64,000 bases of DNA from Bacteroidales bacterium (GTDB taxonomy: Bacteria > Bacteroidota > Bacteroidia > Bacteroidales > UBA3663). The DNA lies in NCBI GenBank assembly GCA_017519885.1, contig JAFWRO010000012.1, positions 133,175-197,174 on the forward strand, read 5' to 3'. A program made the translations under genes and the position numbers. Shown here piece by piece: positions 1 through 8,969 of this stretch (the stretch's first letter is position 1; every line of letters starts with the position of its first letter). Under the pieces are notes generated by a model, which searched no databases, was not told the DNA's origin, and worked only from the letters and a program-made list of their open reading frames with translations.

Positions 1-170
1 TCGCGTTGATGTGCCTCCTCGATTACATCTTCGGTGATGTCGAGACAGGTAAGGACGCGACTGACCTCCATGCGGGGATCACCGCATTGGAGGCCAGCGT
101 TGTCATACGATTCCTGCAGTTCACGAGGCGCAAAGGCCTCGATGGCGCAGGCGATGTCATTAAGTTTCAT
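1..170 (-). CDS. Nif3-like dinuclear metal center protein (YqfO / GTP cyclohydrolase 1 type 2 family). Only the N-terminal ~56 codons are in the window; the gene runs off the left edge.
   Basis: Hand translation of the minus strand from the ATG at 168-170 gives MKLNDIACAIEAFAPRELQESYDNAGLQCGDPRMEVSRVLTCLDITEDVIEEAHQR. This matches the conserved Nif3 N-terminus (ESYDNxGLQxGD). The ORF is missing from the track because it is truncated. Its ATG overlaps the stop of the upstream ORF (TAATG). Confidence 0.8.
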   Translation of the reverse strand, partial: MKLNDIACAIEAFAPRELQESYDNAGLQCGDPRMEVSRVLTCLDITEDVIEEAHQR

Positions 171-1117
171 TACCACTTGTATGAAAGACCGAAGCTGAGG
201 AGCTCGGTGAACTGGAAGTAACCCCAGCCCTCACCCTTTTTCTCAGGAGCTACAGCGTCGTCGAAACGAAGGTGCGTGTAAAGCTTGGTCGAGAAATACT
301 TGTTGAGAGGCATATCGAAGGTGTTCTCCCAATCGACCTCGGTATAAACGTTGTTCTTGTACTTGCCGCAGTCCCAAAGAGGAGAATAGTAGGTAGCCTG
401 GCTGGTCCAGGTCAGATACTTGCAGACCTTGTACTCGAGGGTAGCCTTGGCACCCACACCGAAGTCATACAGGTTGAAGTCACCAGGATGCAGACCGAAC
501 TGGGTGCCATCGATGCGACCCTTATGCCAAACGCCGTCTGAATCGTATGCACGACGGGGATCACTGACGAACTTGAGGTTGTAGCCAAAGGGCGACATGT
601 AAACTGAGAACTTGATCTTCTCGGTCTCCTTCTTCCAGTCCATACCGACAGAAAGGTTGATGGTTCCTGGGTTGAGGAACTTCGAAATCTCGACCACATC
701 ATTGTCTACCTCCTGCCAGCCAGTGCAGAACTGTGTCTGAGCAATACCTTGCACGGTATAGTACCAATGTTCAGTGGCCTGATAACCAAGTTTGGTGGTC
801 CACTTGAGAATATCGTTATTGGTGATAAACGTGCGATACTGACTGCTTGCGTTCACAAAACCGAGTTTGGCTTCGATAGCGTTGTCCCAAGCGAACTTCT
901 CATACTTGTAGTTGAATGTGTAATCAGCAGTACCGAGCAGAGCGAAACTCGACACGCCGCCCTTGTACCAGTTCTTCGAAATGTAGCCCTGGGTGAACTG
1001 CAGACTGGCATTGCCCGACTTGGTCCAGCGCTTGTTGGCATCTTCGGCAGCATCTTCTGCCATTACACTTGTTGCCGCCATCGACAAGACGATGGCCGAA
1101 AGAATCAGTTTTTTCAT
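170..1117 (-). CDS. DUF3078-like outer-membrane protein with signal peptide
   Basis: ORF 170..1201, trimmed to the internal ATG at 1115-1117 (MKKLILSAIVLSMAATSVMA is a signal peptide). The segment WTKSGNASLQFTQGYISKNWYKGGVSS and the aromatic-rich beta-strand pattern resemble Bacteroidetes DUF3078. A minus-strand TAatTTTG box lies at 1218-1225. Confidence 0.6.
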   Translation of the reverse strand: MKKLILSAIVLSMAATSVMAEDAAEDANKRWTKSGNASLQFTQGYISKNWYKGGVSSFALLGTADYTFNYKYEKFAWDNAIEAKLGFVNASSQYRTFITNNDILKWTTKLGYQATEHWYYTVQGIAQTQFCTGWQEVDNDVVEISKFLNPGTINLSVGMDWKKETEKIKFSVYMSPFGYNLKFVSDPRRAYDSDGVWHKGRIDGTQFGLHPGDFNLYDFGVGAKATLEYKVCKYLTWTSQATYYSPLWDCGKYKNNVYTEVDWENTFDMPLNKYFSTKLYTHLRFDDAVAPEKKGEGWGYFQFTELLSFGLSYKW

Positions 1118-1298
1118 AATTTTATTGGTTTTAGTTATGAATTTTGAGTTCTTGATTGATGAATAGTGGGGAAGCCCCAATTGTAATTTGATATTTGTCA
1201 ATTGATAAATACAAATGCAAAATTATAACAATTATTCCTTATTTGCAAAAAAAATTGATAAAACGACCAAAAAATTTGTTTTTTTGGCATTTTTGTCC

Positions 1299-1306
1299 TA
1301 TCTTTG
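1299..1306 (+). promoter_or_regulatory. Bacteroidetes -7 box TAtcTTTG, with a TTTG -33 element at 1275-1278
   Basis: The sequence tcctatctttgcaacc matches the TAnnTTTG consensus. A TTTG lies 20 nt upstream. Confidence 0.6.
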
Positions 1307-1311
1307 CAACC

Positions 1312-1454
1312 GCTAAAAGACAAAAGATGCTATATAAACGTCCGCTCACGCGGCCTGATCTACTCGGCCGAATGGGAATGGTGACCAGGGGTTATGACAA
1401 AATCACGTCATGACCAATGGTTTAGACCAAAAGCGACGGGTATATGGCTTTTTT
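1312..1454 (+). ncRNA. Candidate small structured RNA of ~145 nt (6S-like architecture, or a terminated leader); family not identified
   Basis: A promoter box lies at 1299-1306. A long closing helix pairs 1329-1345 (GCTATATAAACGTCCGC) with 1433-1448 (GCGACGGGTATATGGC) and is followed directly by a T6 run at 1449-1454. An internal hairpin of 12 bp (3+9, split by a 2x2 internal loop) spans 1385-1420 (CCAGGGGTTATGAC/GTCATGACCAATGG). A second hairpin is CGGCC..GGCCG. The only ORF here (1195..1413) has no coding character. Confidence 0.5.
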
Positions 1455-1510
1455 GTGTCCCAAAACAAAATTGTTAATTATTAATTGTTAATTGTTATTT
1501 TTATATTATT

Positions 1511-2302
1511 ATGCCAAAGATTGAAAAAGAATTCAGTGTAGAAGAGAAGCTGGCTAACCTTTACAAGCTGCAGCTTTACGTTTCGGAAATCGACCGTATC
1601 AAGGGTCTTCGTGGTGAACTGCCACAGGAAGTGGAGGATATGGAACGCGAGGTGGAAGAACTCAACGCCCGCATTGCCAAGTTCCACGAGGACATCGAGG
1701 CCTGCCATCACAAGATCCAGGATATGCAGGAGAAGATCACCCAGGCCGAAGAGCTGATTGAGCAGTACACCCATCAGCAGGATGATGTACAGAACAACAA
1801 GCAGTATGAGTTCCTGACCAAGGAGATTGAGTATCAGGGTCTGGAAATCGAACTGGCCAACAAGCGCATCCGCGAAAACCTTGACCAGATTGCCTTGTTC
1901 GAAGAGAGAGAGGCCAACTGCCGCAAGGAAGTGGAAGAGCGCCGTGGCGACCTTGAGACCAAGAAGGGCGAGTTAGACGAGATCATCGCCGAGACCCGCA
2001 ACGAGGAGGAAGTAATGCGCGAGAAGGCTAAGAAGATCGAGAACTCGATGACCGACAAGAGCCTGATGACAACGTTCCAGCGCATCCACCGCAAGGCACA
2101 CAACGGCCTGGCTATCGTTCCCATCGAGCGCGAATCTTGCTCAGGTTGCTTCAACAAGGTGACCCCACAGCGTCAGATTGATGTGAAGCTCCGCAAAAAG
2201 ATCATTACCTGCGAATACTGCGGCCGTATCCTCATCGACGAAGACCTGGCCAACCAGAACGAGATGCGTCGCCGCAAGAAGGGACTCCTGGCCGGCCTCT
2301 AA
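1511..2302 (+). CDS. Zinc-ribbon/coiled-coil protein (COG1579 family, often a Nif3 neighbour)
   Basis: The 263-aa ORF has a long E/K-rich coiled coil followed by a CSGCFNKV...CEYCGRIL C4 zinc ribbon. Confidence 0.75.
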   Translation: MPKIEKEFSVEEKLANLYKLQLYVSEIDRIKGLRGELPQEVEDMEREVEELNARIAKFHEDIEACHHKIQDMQEKITQAEELIEQYTHQQDDVQNNKQYEFLTKEIEYQGLEIELANKRIRENLDQIALFEEREANCRKEVEERRGDLETKKGELDEIIAETRNEEEVMREKAKKIENSMTDKSLMTTFQRIHRKAHNGLAIVPIERESCSGCFNKVTPQRQIDVKLRKKIITCEYCGRILIDEDLANQNEMRRRKKGLLAGL

Positions 2303-2308
2303 TGCGAC

Positions 2309-3892
2309 ATGCCTACAAACAACAATTTTAGTTCAAACGGAAGTGCGCCGGCTAACCGTCGCAATACCCGTACACAATCGCCCCAGCAACCTGCTTTGGG
2401 CAAGGTGCAGCCTCAAGCCACCGAGGTGGAAGAGGCTGTGCTGGGTGCCCTTATGCTCGAAAAGGACGCCTACTCGGTAATCTCCGACCTGCTGAAGCCC
2501 GAATCGTTCTACGACCACAAGCACCAGCTGATCTTTGCAGCCATCCAGGAACTGGCATTCAACCAGGAACCTATCGACATGCTGACGGTGACCAACCGTC
2601 TGCAACGCAATGGTGTGATCGAAGAGGTGGGCGGTGCCTATTACATCGCCACTCTGACGGGCAAGGTTGGCTCGGCGGCCAACATCGAGTATCATGCGAA
2701 AATCATCGCCCAGAAGTCGCTGGCACGCCAACTGATCAACTATGCAGGCAAGCTCGAGTCGGCAGCGTTCGACGAAACGACCGACATCGACGCCTTGATG
2801 CAAAGTGCCGAAGGTGAGCTGTTCCAACTCTCGCAACACAACATCAAGAAGGACGTCATCCAGATTGACCCCGTGATTCAGGATGCGCTGAAAAAAATCG
2901 AGCAGGCTTCGAATCGCGAAGACGGTCTTTCGGGTCTACCTTCTGGTTTCCACGACCTGGACAAGATGACCTCAGGCTGGCAGAACACCGACCTGGTAAT
3001 CATCGCCGCACGTCCTGCCATGGGCAAGACGGCGCTGGTGCTTTCGATGGTGAAGAACATGGCGGTGAACTACAACATCCCCGTCGGTATGTTCAGTCTG
3101 GAAATGAGTAACCTTCAGCTCGTGAACCGATTGCTGCAGAACGTCTGTGAAATCTCGGGCGAGAAGGTTAAGAGCGGTAGGCTGACCAACGATGAGTGGA
3201 CCAAACTGACCACTCGCATCACCCAACTGCAAGGTGCCCCCATCTATGTGGACGACACCCCGGGTCTGTCGGTATTCGAACTTCGTACGAAAGCCCGCCG
3301 ACTGGTGCGCGAACATGGCGTGAAGATCATTATGATCGACTACCTGCAGCTGATGACGGCCGCTGGCATGCAGTTCGGTTCGCGCGAACAGGAGGTTTCG
3401 ACCATTTCGCGTTCGCTGAAAGGATTGGCCAAGGAACTCGACATCCCGATCATCGCACTGTCGCAGTTGAACCGTGGTGTCGAGACTCGCCAAGGCGAAG
3501 GCAAGCGTCCACAACTGGCTGACCTCCGCGAGTCGGGTGCCATCGAACAGGATGCCGATATGGTGTGCTTCATCCATCGCCCCGAGTACTACAAGATCTT
3601 CGAGGATGAGAAAGGCAACGACCTGCGCGGCCTGGCCGAAATCATCATCGCCAAGCATCGTAGCGGTTCGGTAGGCGACGTCCGCCTGAGGTTCCGTGGC
3701 GAGTTCGTTCGTTTCCAGAACCTTGACGAGGACTCGAGCCTCACCCCCACCCTCACCCCTTGGAGCGGTGACCACGAACTGACGTCCCGCATGGACAACG
3801 AACCACGTCCCGACATGTCACAACAGCCTAATGGTTTCGAAGCTCCTTCGGGCGGCTTCGGCGCACCCGAACCAGGGGAAGCTCCATTTTAA
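2309..3892 (+). CDS. dnaB: Replicative DNA helicase DnaB
   Basis: The 527-aa ORF carries the N-terminal DnaB domain (AVLGALMLE...), Walker A (IIAARPAMGKT), LSQLNRGVE and ESGAIEQDADMV. It also has low-complexity N- and C-terminal tails. Confidence 0.95.
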   Translation: MPTNNNFSSNGSAPANRRNTRTQSPQQPALGKVQPQATEVEEAVLGALMLEKDAYSVISDLLKPESFYDHKHQLIFAAIQELAFNQEPIDMLTVTNRLQRNGVIEEVGGAYYIATLTGKVGSAANIEYHAKIIAQKSLARQLINYAGKLESAAFDETTDIDALMQSAEGELFQLSQHNIKKDVIQIDPVIQDALKKIEQASNREDGLSGLPSGFHDLDKMTSGWQNTDLVIIAARPAMGKTALVLSMVKNMAVNYNIPVGMFSLEMSNLQLVNRLLQNVCEISGEKVKSGRLTNDEWTKLTTRITQLQGAPIYVDDTPGLSVFELRTKARRLVREHGVKIIMIDYLQLMTAAGMQFGSREQEVSTISRSLKGLAKELDIPIIALSQLNRGVETRQGEGKRPQLADLRESGAIEQDADMVCFIHRPEYYKIFEDEKGNDLRGLAEIIIAKHRSGSVGDVRLRFRGEFVRFQNLDEDSSLTPTLTPWSGDHELTSRMDNEPRPDMSQQPNGFEAPSGGFGAPEPGEAPF

Positions 3893-4017
3893 AGGTTATG
3901 AAAGGTTAAGAGGGGTTAAGAAAGGTTCGAAGGGTTCGTTTTTTTCGGAATATCGAAATACCGTTATCACGTAATTCCGATATAACTTAATACCGAATCG
4001 CGTGAAGAAATAATATA

Positions 4018-4713
4018 ATGATGAATATTTCAAATAAGATAGGAATTGCATCGATTGCGCTGACCATGCTGGCAGGGCATATGACGGCACAGGAAGTCGT
4101 CGCGCCCAACTATCGTGAGATCCGCACATCGATACAGAACAGCAAGAGCCCGAACTACTATCCACAGCTCATGCGGAGATACTTGGAAAACGATACCACA
4201 CTCACCCTCGAGCAATATCGATGCCTCTACTATGGCTATACGCTCCAAGAGGACTTCGTGCCCTATCAGAAAGAAAGGGAGAAACTCTTCGAGATACGCC
4301 GCGAACTGGTCAACACCAATGGCAGCAAGTCAACCTGCACCGAGGCCATCAAAGTGGCGCAATCGGCACTGGAGGACGATCCATTCGACCTGCTTGCCAT
4401 CTCCACACTCGCATTCTCGTACCTTCAGTTGAAAGACACGGTGAGCCACTCGCTGTGGAACAACAAGCAGGATGCACTACTCGATGCCATCGTGTCGAGC
4501 GGTGATGGTACAGATGTTGATGATGCCATCCACGTCATCAATCTCGAGCATGAATACGAAGTGCTGAACCGTCTGGGTCTGCAAATCGAATCCGACTCGC
4601 TTTGCAACGACAACGTGGAATATCTGAGGGTCCAGCCGAATGCCGAGGACGTGAGAGGCGTCTTCTTCAACTTTGGCGCTTGCCGACAGGCTTATCGCAA
4701 GAAGTATGAGTGA
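4018..4713 (+). CDS. Secreted hypothetical protein (DUF4919-like)
   Basis: The 231-aa ORF has a signal peptide (IGIASIALTMLAGHMTAQ). The family assignment is from memory only. Confidence 0.45.
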   Translation: MMNISNKIGIASIALTMLAGHMTAQEVVAPNYREIRTSIQNSKSPNYYPQLMRRYLENDTTLTLEQYRCLYYGYTLQEDFVPYQKEREKLFEIRRELVNTNGSKSTCTEAIKVAQSALEDDPFDLLAISTLAFSYLQLKDTVSHSLWNNKQDALLDAIVSSGDGTDVDDAIHVINLEHEYEVLNRLGLQIESDSLCNDNVEYLRVQPNAEDVRGVFFNFGACRQAYRKKYE

Positions 4714-4764
4714 CAAATAGAGAATCTAGTACATCTAGAATATCTAGTACATCTAGATAAAATT

Positions 4765-4798
4765 TAGGGGCGCATCACGCAATCGTGATACGCCCCTA
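4765..4798. terminator. Bidirectional hairpin between convergent genes
   Basis: TAGGGGCGCATCACG-caa-CGTGATACGCCCCTA lies between the stop at 4713 (+) and the stop at 4819 (-). Confidence 0.6.
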
Positions 4799-4818
4799 AC
4801 TATTGAAGAAAAATCACC

Positions 4819-6327
4819 TTACTTAGAAAGATCTACAGCGAAGTAACCCACACGGCCTTGAGCAGTAACTGCGGCGATGAACATCACAGGATCCTGATCG
4901 GCAGAACGCTTGGTGGTAAGCTGGTTGAAGATGTTCTCGATGTCCTTGTCGCTCTTCACGGCCTGGTCATTGATCTTGATGATGACCATCTTCTCGCGAA
5001 GACCTGCACGATAGAAGAGTCCGTTGGTCTCAAGCTTATCAATCTGTACGCCTGTACGAACGCCATAGCGGATGAGTTCCTCGGCAGAGAGATTCTTGAA
5101 TGTGGCACCCAGTTTGTCAATACCCTTTGTCTGGATCACGTCGGTGTTGCCCTTGGTGTTCTTGAGCGTGACGGTGAAGTTCTTCTTTTCACCCTTACGA
5201 TCGACTACGACCTTCACCTTATCGCCTGGACGATAGCGGGCAATCTCGCCTTGGAGTTGAGCCATGGTATTGATGGTGGTTCCGTTGACTGAAGTGATGA
5301 CGTCACCTGGCTTGATGCCTGCCTCTGAAGCGCCTCCATCTTCGGATACCTGATCGACATAAACGCCCTCGTTGACCTTCAGATCCTTCTGCTCAACCAC
5401 GTCGGCATTGACATCACCACCGATGATACCGAGCAGTGCACGCTGAACGGTACCGTACTGCTTCAAGTCGGTTACAACCTTGCTCACAATGCTCGAAGGC
5501 ACTGCGAAGGAATAACCTGCATAGTTGCCGGTCTGCGAATAGATTGCGGTATTGATGCCCACAAGTTCACCGGCCGTATTGACGAGGGCGCCACCCGAGT
5601 TACCGGGATTGACGGCTGCATCGGTCTGGATGAAACTTTCGATACCGAGTTTGCTGCTGCCTACACTGATGCTACGTGCCTTGGCGCTGACGATACCTGC
5701 GGTGACTGTGCTGGTGAGGTTGAATGGATTGCCCACGGCAAGTACCCATTCGCCTATCTTCAGCGCATCACTCTGTCCAATAGGGATGGTGGGAAGGTCC
5801 TTGGCATCAATCTTGAGCAAAGCGATGTCTGTGGTAGGATCAGTGCCCACAAGAGTTGCGGTGAACTGACGACGATCGTTGAGGGTGACGGTGAGTTCGT
5901 CAGCCTTTTCAATCACGTGATTGTTGGTGACGATGTATCCATCGCTCGAGATAATGACACCCGAACCGGCGCCAACGGGCATAGGATCGCTCGACTGTGG
6001 CTCCTCCTGACGCTGGCCACGCTGACCGAAGAAGAAGTCGAAGAAAGGATCGTTCATACCACCGAACGACTGAGTCTGACGTACCTGCTTGTTGGTGATG
6101 CCCACCACGGCATTCACCGTCTTCTCGGCTGCACGCGTGAAGTCATTATCGGTCACCGAACCCGTGGAGGTGGTGAAAAAGCCAGTAGGTGTTAGTGATA
6201 TCGAACTATCCTGCTGGGCAAGGGTATTTACCATCCTGCCCTCCATTACCTTAAATGTGGCTACAGCAGTCACACCACTCACTACAACCATTGCTCCTAA
6301 GAGCTTTAATACACTACTTGTTTTCAT
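4819..6327 (-). CDS. htrA: Do/HtrA-family periplasmic serine endopeptidase with two PDZ domains
   Basis: ORF 4819..6396, trimmed to the ATG at 6325-6327 (MKTSSVLKLLGAMVVV). The catalytic triad context is TNNHVI, DIALLKI and NPGNSGGALVN. Confidence 0.9.
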   Translation of the reverse strand: MKTSSVLKLLGAMVVVSGVTAVATFKVMEGRMVNTLAQQDSSISLTPTGFFTTSTGSVTDNDFTRAAEKTVNAVVGITNKQVRQTQSFGGMNDPFFDFFFGQRGQRQEEPQSSDPMPVGAGSGVIISSDGYIVTNNHVIEKADELTVTLNDRRQFTATLVGTDPTTDIALLKIDAKDLPTIPIGQSDALKIGEWVLAVGNPFNLTSTVTAGIVSAKARSISVGSSKLGIESFIQTDAAVNPGNSGGALVNTAGELVGINTAIYSQTGNYAGYSFAVPSSIVSKVVTDLKQYGTVQRALLGIIGGDVNADVVEQKDLKVNEGVYVDQVSEDGGASEAGIKPGDVITSVNGTTINTMAQLQGEIARYRPGDKVKVVVDRKGEKKNFTVTLKNTKGNTDVIQTKGIDKLGATFKNLSAEELIRYGVRTGVQIDKLETNGLFYRAGLREKMVIIKINDQAVKSDKDIENIFNQLTTKRSADQDPVMFIAAVTAQGRVGYFAVDLSK

Positions 6328-6507
6328 AACTATTTTTGAATTTTTAATTGTTGATTTCTTGTTTTTCGTCTTATTTGACGATGCAAAGATACACAAGTTT
6401 AAGCTAATTAAGTTAAAATGGGACGAAATTTTAACATTTTCTATTAAAAAAGGGGCAAAGAATTAAAATTTTGATTTCCGTTTACATTCATTTTAAATAA
6501 TTTTGCG

Positions 6508-6515
6508 TATCTTTG
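6508..6515 (+). promoter_or_regulatory. -7 box TAtcTTTG for rnpB
   Basis: The sequence gcgtatctttgcgccc lies immediately upstream of the RNase P RNA P1 5' strand. Confidence 0.65.
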
Positions 6516-6520
6516 CGCCC

Positions 6521-6898
6521 GCAGTAGGCCTGTCTGTCGCTCGCTCCACGCGAGAGGAAAGTCCGGGCTACACAGGGCTCCATGCCGGTTAACAGCCGGT
6601 AGGCGGCGACGTTTAGGTTAACGTAACAGAAAATAACCGCCCCGCAAGGGGTAAGGGTGAAAAGGCGAGGTAAGAGCTCACCGCACACTTGGTAACAAGG
6701 CGTGGCTGTACGTCCCATGGGTTGTAAGATCATGTATACTGGTGGTTGGTACGTGTCGGAAACGATACTGTGTCCATGAAGGGCGGCCCGTCCAAGCCAG
6801 GGGGTAGATTGCTAAAGTGCGTCAGTAATGGCGAACTCAGATCAATGGCAGACACCTGTCGAAAGACAGGGACGGAACCCGGCTTATCAGCCTACTGC
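6521..6898 (+). ncRNA. rnpB: RNase P RNA, bacterial type A
   Basis: Universal motifs are present: GAGGAAAGTCCGGGCT at 6554-6569, ACAGAAAATAACCGCC, GGTAAGGGTGAAAAGG and ACGGAACCCGGCTTAT at 6872-6887. The P1 helix pairs GCAGTAGGC (6521-6529) with GCCTACTGC (6890-6898). Confidence 0.95.
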
Positions 6899-6919
6899 AT
6901 TTTTTACTAAAAACCGAGA

Positions 6920-8938
6920 ATGGCGGACAAAGACAAGCAGGCTAGGACATACGAAAAAGTAGTGCGGCGGCTGGTGAACGGACAACTGCAAAACGCGTTG
7001 ACGTTGATCAGCAAGTATTGTGTTTTGGAGCCACGTCTTTATTCCATTGGCGAAGAAGCCGAAACGGTACAGAAGGACTACGACCGCATGCTCTCCTTTT
7101 TGGCAAAAGGAACTCACGATCCCAAACTTCAGGAACAACACGACATCCTGATGGAGCGTGCCTGGAAACTTGCCGAAAGCCTTTACGATGCCGAACAACC
7201 TGTGGAGTTACCCTTCGAGGAAACCGTCAGTGTACTCCTCGAGCAACTTCTGGCCGAACCCGAAAATGACCATTGCCTCAACCGCATCTTCGAGCAAGTG
7301 GCAGAAAGCAGACATATACCTAAGGCAGATCGCAAGGAGCTGCATAAGGCCATGCTCAACGACAGCATACCCGAATATGTGCGTGCTACCCTCCTTTCGG
7401 CCATCACGCTGCACCTGACACAAAACTTTGATGCCCGCATGGTGGAGGATCTCTACACCTATACGCTCGACGATCAGCCGGTGCAACTTCAGATGCAGGC
7501 GTGGATCACATTGGTTTTTGTCGCCCTCATCCATACCCATCGCATCGAACATCTGCCCCGTCTGCGAGAACAGTACCAGTTCATCTGCGAGAGCCAGCCA
7601 GATTTGCTATTCGACATACAGATTGCCCTTTTGCAGTGCCGTGAGGCATTCTCCTTCGACAAGAAACTGCACAAGATCATCAACCAGGATGGCGAAGAGG
7701 ATGAATTCAGCGAGCAGGAACGCGTCAGGGAATTCTTTGAGTTCATCACTGAAGGCATCGACACCACCCTATCGATGTTCTCCCACCTCAAGAAAATCAA
7801 GTTCTTCAGCGGCGAAGGTACACGTCACCATTGGCTCGAACCCTTCAGCCTTACGCAGCCCGACATCAAGGCCGTGCTCGACGAGAATCCCAAGGCACTG
7901 CCATGGACGAGGATGATGATGGCTTCCGTTGCCCAATGCAACACCGACAAGTACGGTTCGTTTATGACCATGCAGGCCTATAACAAGGACCTGATGGCCA
8001 ACATCAGCGAGAAACTGCAAGAGAAAGGGTTGGTCTTCGACGACATTCTGCCGGTAAGTCCACTCTACGTGATGCGCAACTATCTGCACGACCTCTTCCG
8101 CTACTGCAATATGCATCCCAAGGGCGAAGAGATGCGTTATCCACTCTTCGATCCCAACCTCGACTTGAGCCAGAACAAATGGCTCTGCAACGGCATCAGC
8201 CACCCTGACCAGTTGAAGAAGACCGCCGAGTTCCTTTTCCGCAAGGAACGTTGGGACGAGGCCTGCATCACTTACAGCACCCTGCTCAAACATGAAGTGA
8301 CCGAAGAGACCCTGCAGAAACTCTACTACGCCATGTGGAACGGCGAAAGCAGCTACGACAAACGCAAGGCCACGCAGACGCTCATCAAGTGCAACACCCT
8401 CTTCCCCGGCAACAAGTGGACACTCCGTCATCTGGCCGATGCTTATCACGAAGCACAGGAATATGAGATAGAGGGACAGGTGCTCCACGAGGCGCTCGAA
8501 CATTTCCCCGACGACCCGACGATGCTGATGCGCCTGGGACGATGCCTCACCTGCCAGGACCGAATAGATGAAGCCATCGAGATACTCTACAAGGCCGACA
8601 TCAAGAAGGAAGGGCAACTGCGCGTGCATCGCGAATTGGCCAACGCCCTCTTCCTGACCTGCGACCACACACGAGCCGAGCGATTCATCCGTATGGTGCT
8701 GAGCCGTCCTGAGCCCGATATGGACGATTGGATACTGGGCGGGCATATAGCCCTTCAGGACCAAGACATCCCTCTTGCCGTCGAACGATACAAGAAGGCG
8801 AACGACACAGCGTATGCCTATAACGGAATACTCCGCGACAAACCTAAACTCATACGTGCCGGCATCGCCGAACACATCATCCTCCTTGTGATGGAACTTT
8901 TGTTAAAGGATTTGCAGGCCACTTCGAATCCCTCTTAA
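6920..8938 (+). CDS. Tetratricopeptide-repeat-containing hypothetical protein
   Basis: The 672-aa ORF has a C-terminal third with TPR-like helical repeats (AYHEAQEYEIEGQVLHEALEHFPDDPTMLMRLGRCL...). No catalytic motif was recognised. Confidence 0.55.
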   Translation: MADKDKQARTYEKVVRRLVNGQLQNALTLISKYCVLEPRLYSIGEEAETVQKDYDRMLSFLAKGTHDPKLQEQHDILMERAWKLAESLYDAEQPVELPFEETVSVLLEQLLAEPENDHCLNRIFEQVAESRHIPKADRKELHKAMLNDSIPEYVRATLLSAITLHLTQNFDARMVEDLYTYTLDDQPVQLQMQAWITLVFVALIHTHRIEHLPRLREQYQFICESQPDLLFDIQIALLQCREAFSFDKKLHKIINQDGEEDEFSEQERVREFFEFITEGIDTTLSMFSHLKKIKFFSGEGTRHHWLEPFSLTQPDIKAVLDENPKALPWTRMMMASVAQCNTDKYGSFMTMQAYNKDLMANISEKLQEKGLVFDDILPVSPLYVMRNYLHDLFRYCNMHPKGEEMRYPLFDPNLDLSQNKWLCNGISHPDQLKKTAEFLFRKERWDEACITYSTLLKHEVTEETLQKLYYAMWNGESSYDKRKATQTLIKCNTLFPGNKWTLRHLADAYHEAQEYEIEGQVLHEALEHFPDDPTMLMRLGRCLTCQDRIDEAIEILYKADIKKEGQLRVHRELANALFLTCDHTRAERFIRMVLSRPEPDMDDWILGGHIALQDQDIPLAVERYKKANDTAYAYNGILRDKPKLIRAGIAEHIILLVMELLLKDLQATSNPS

Positions 8939-8969
8939 CTCTTCGAACAATTATTAACTCTACATAAAA

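Noticed and set aside
6-221. 71-aa plus-strand ORF at the left edge
   Set aside because: The opposite strand encodes a clear Nif3 N-terminus (1-170) and the end of the DUF3078-like gene.
1195-1413. 72-aa ORF in the 1118-1510 gap
   Set aside because: It is AT-rich and Lys/Ile-rich with no coding character. It spans a promoter box and the 5' half of a strongly folded RNA candidate.
2309-3892. Possible replication origin near dnaB or gyrB
   Set aside because: I found no cluster of TTATCCACA-type DnaA boxes and no AT-rich unwinding element next to either gene. dnaB and gyrB are not reliable oriC markers on their own.
6488-6733. 81-aa ORF on the minus strand
   Set aside because: It lies entirely inside the RNase P RNA gene.
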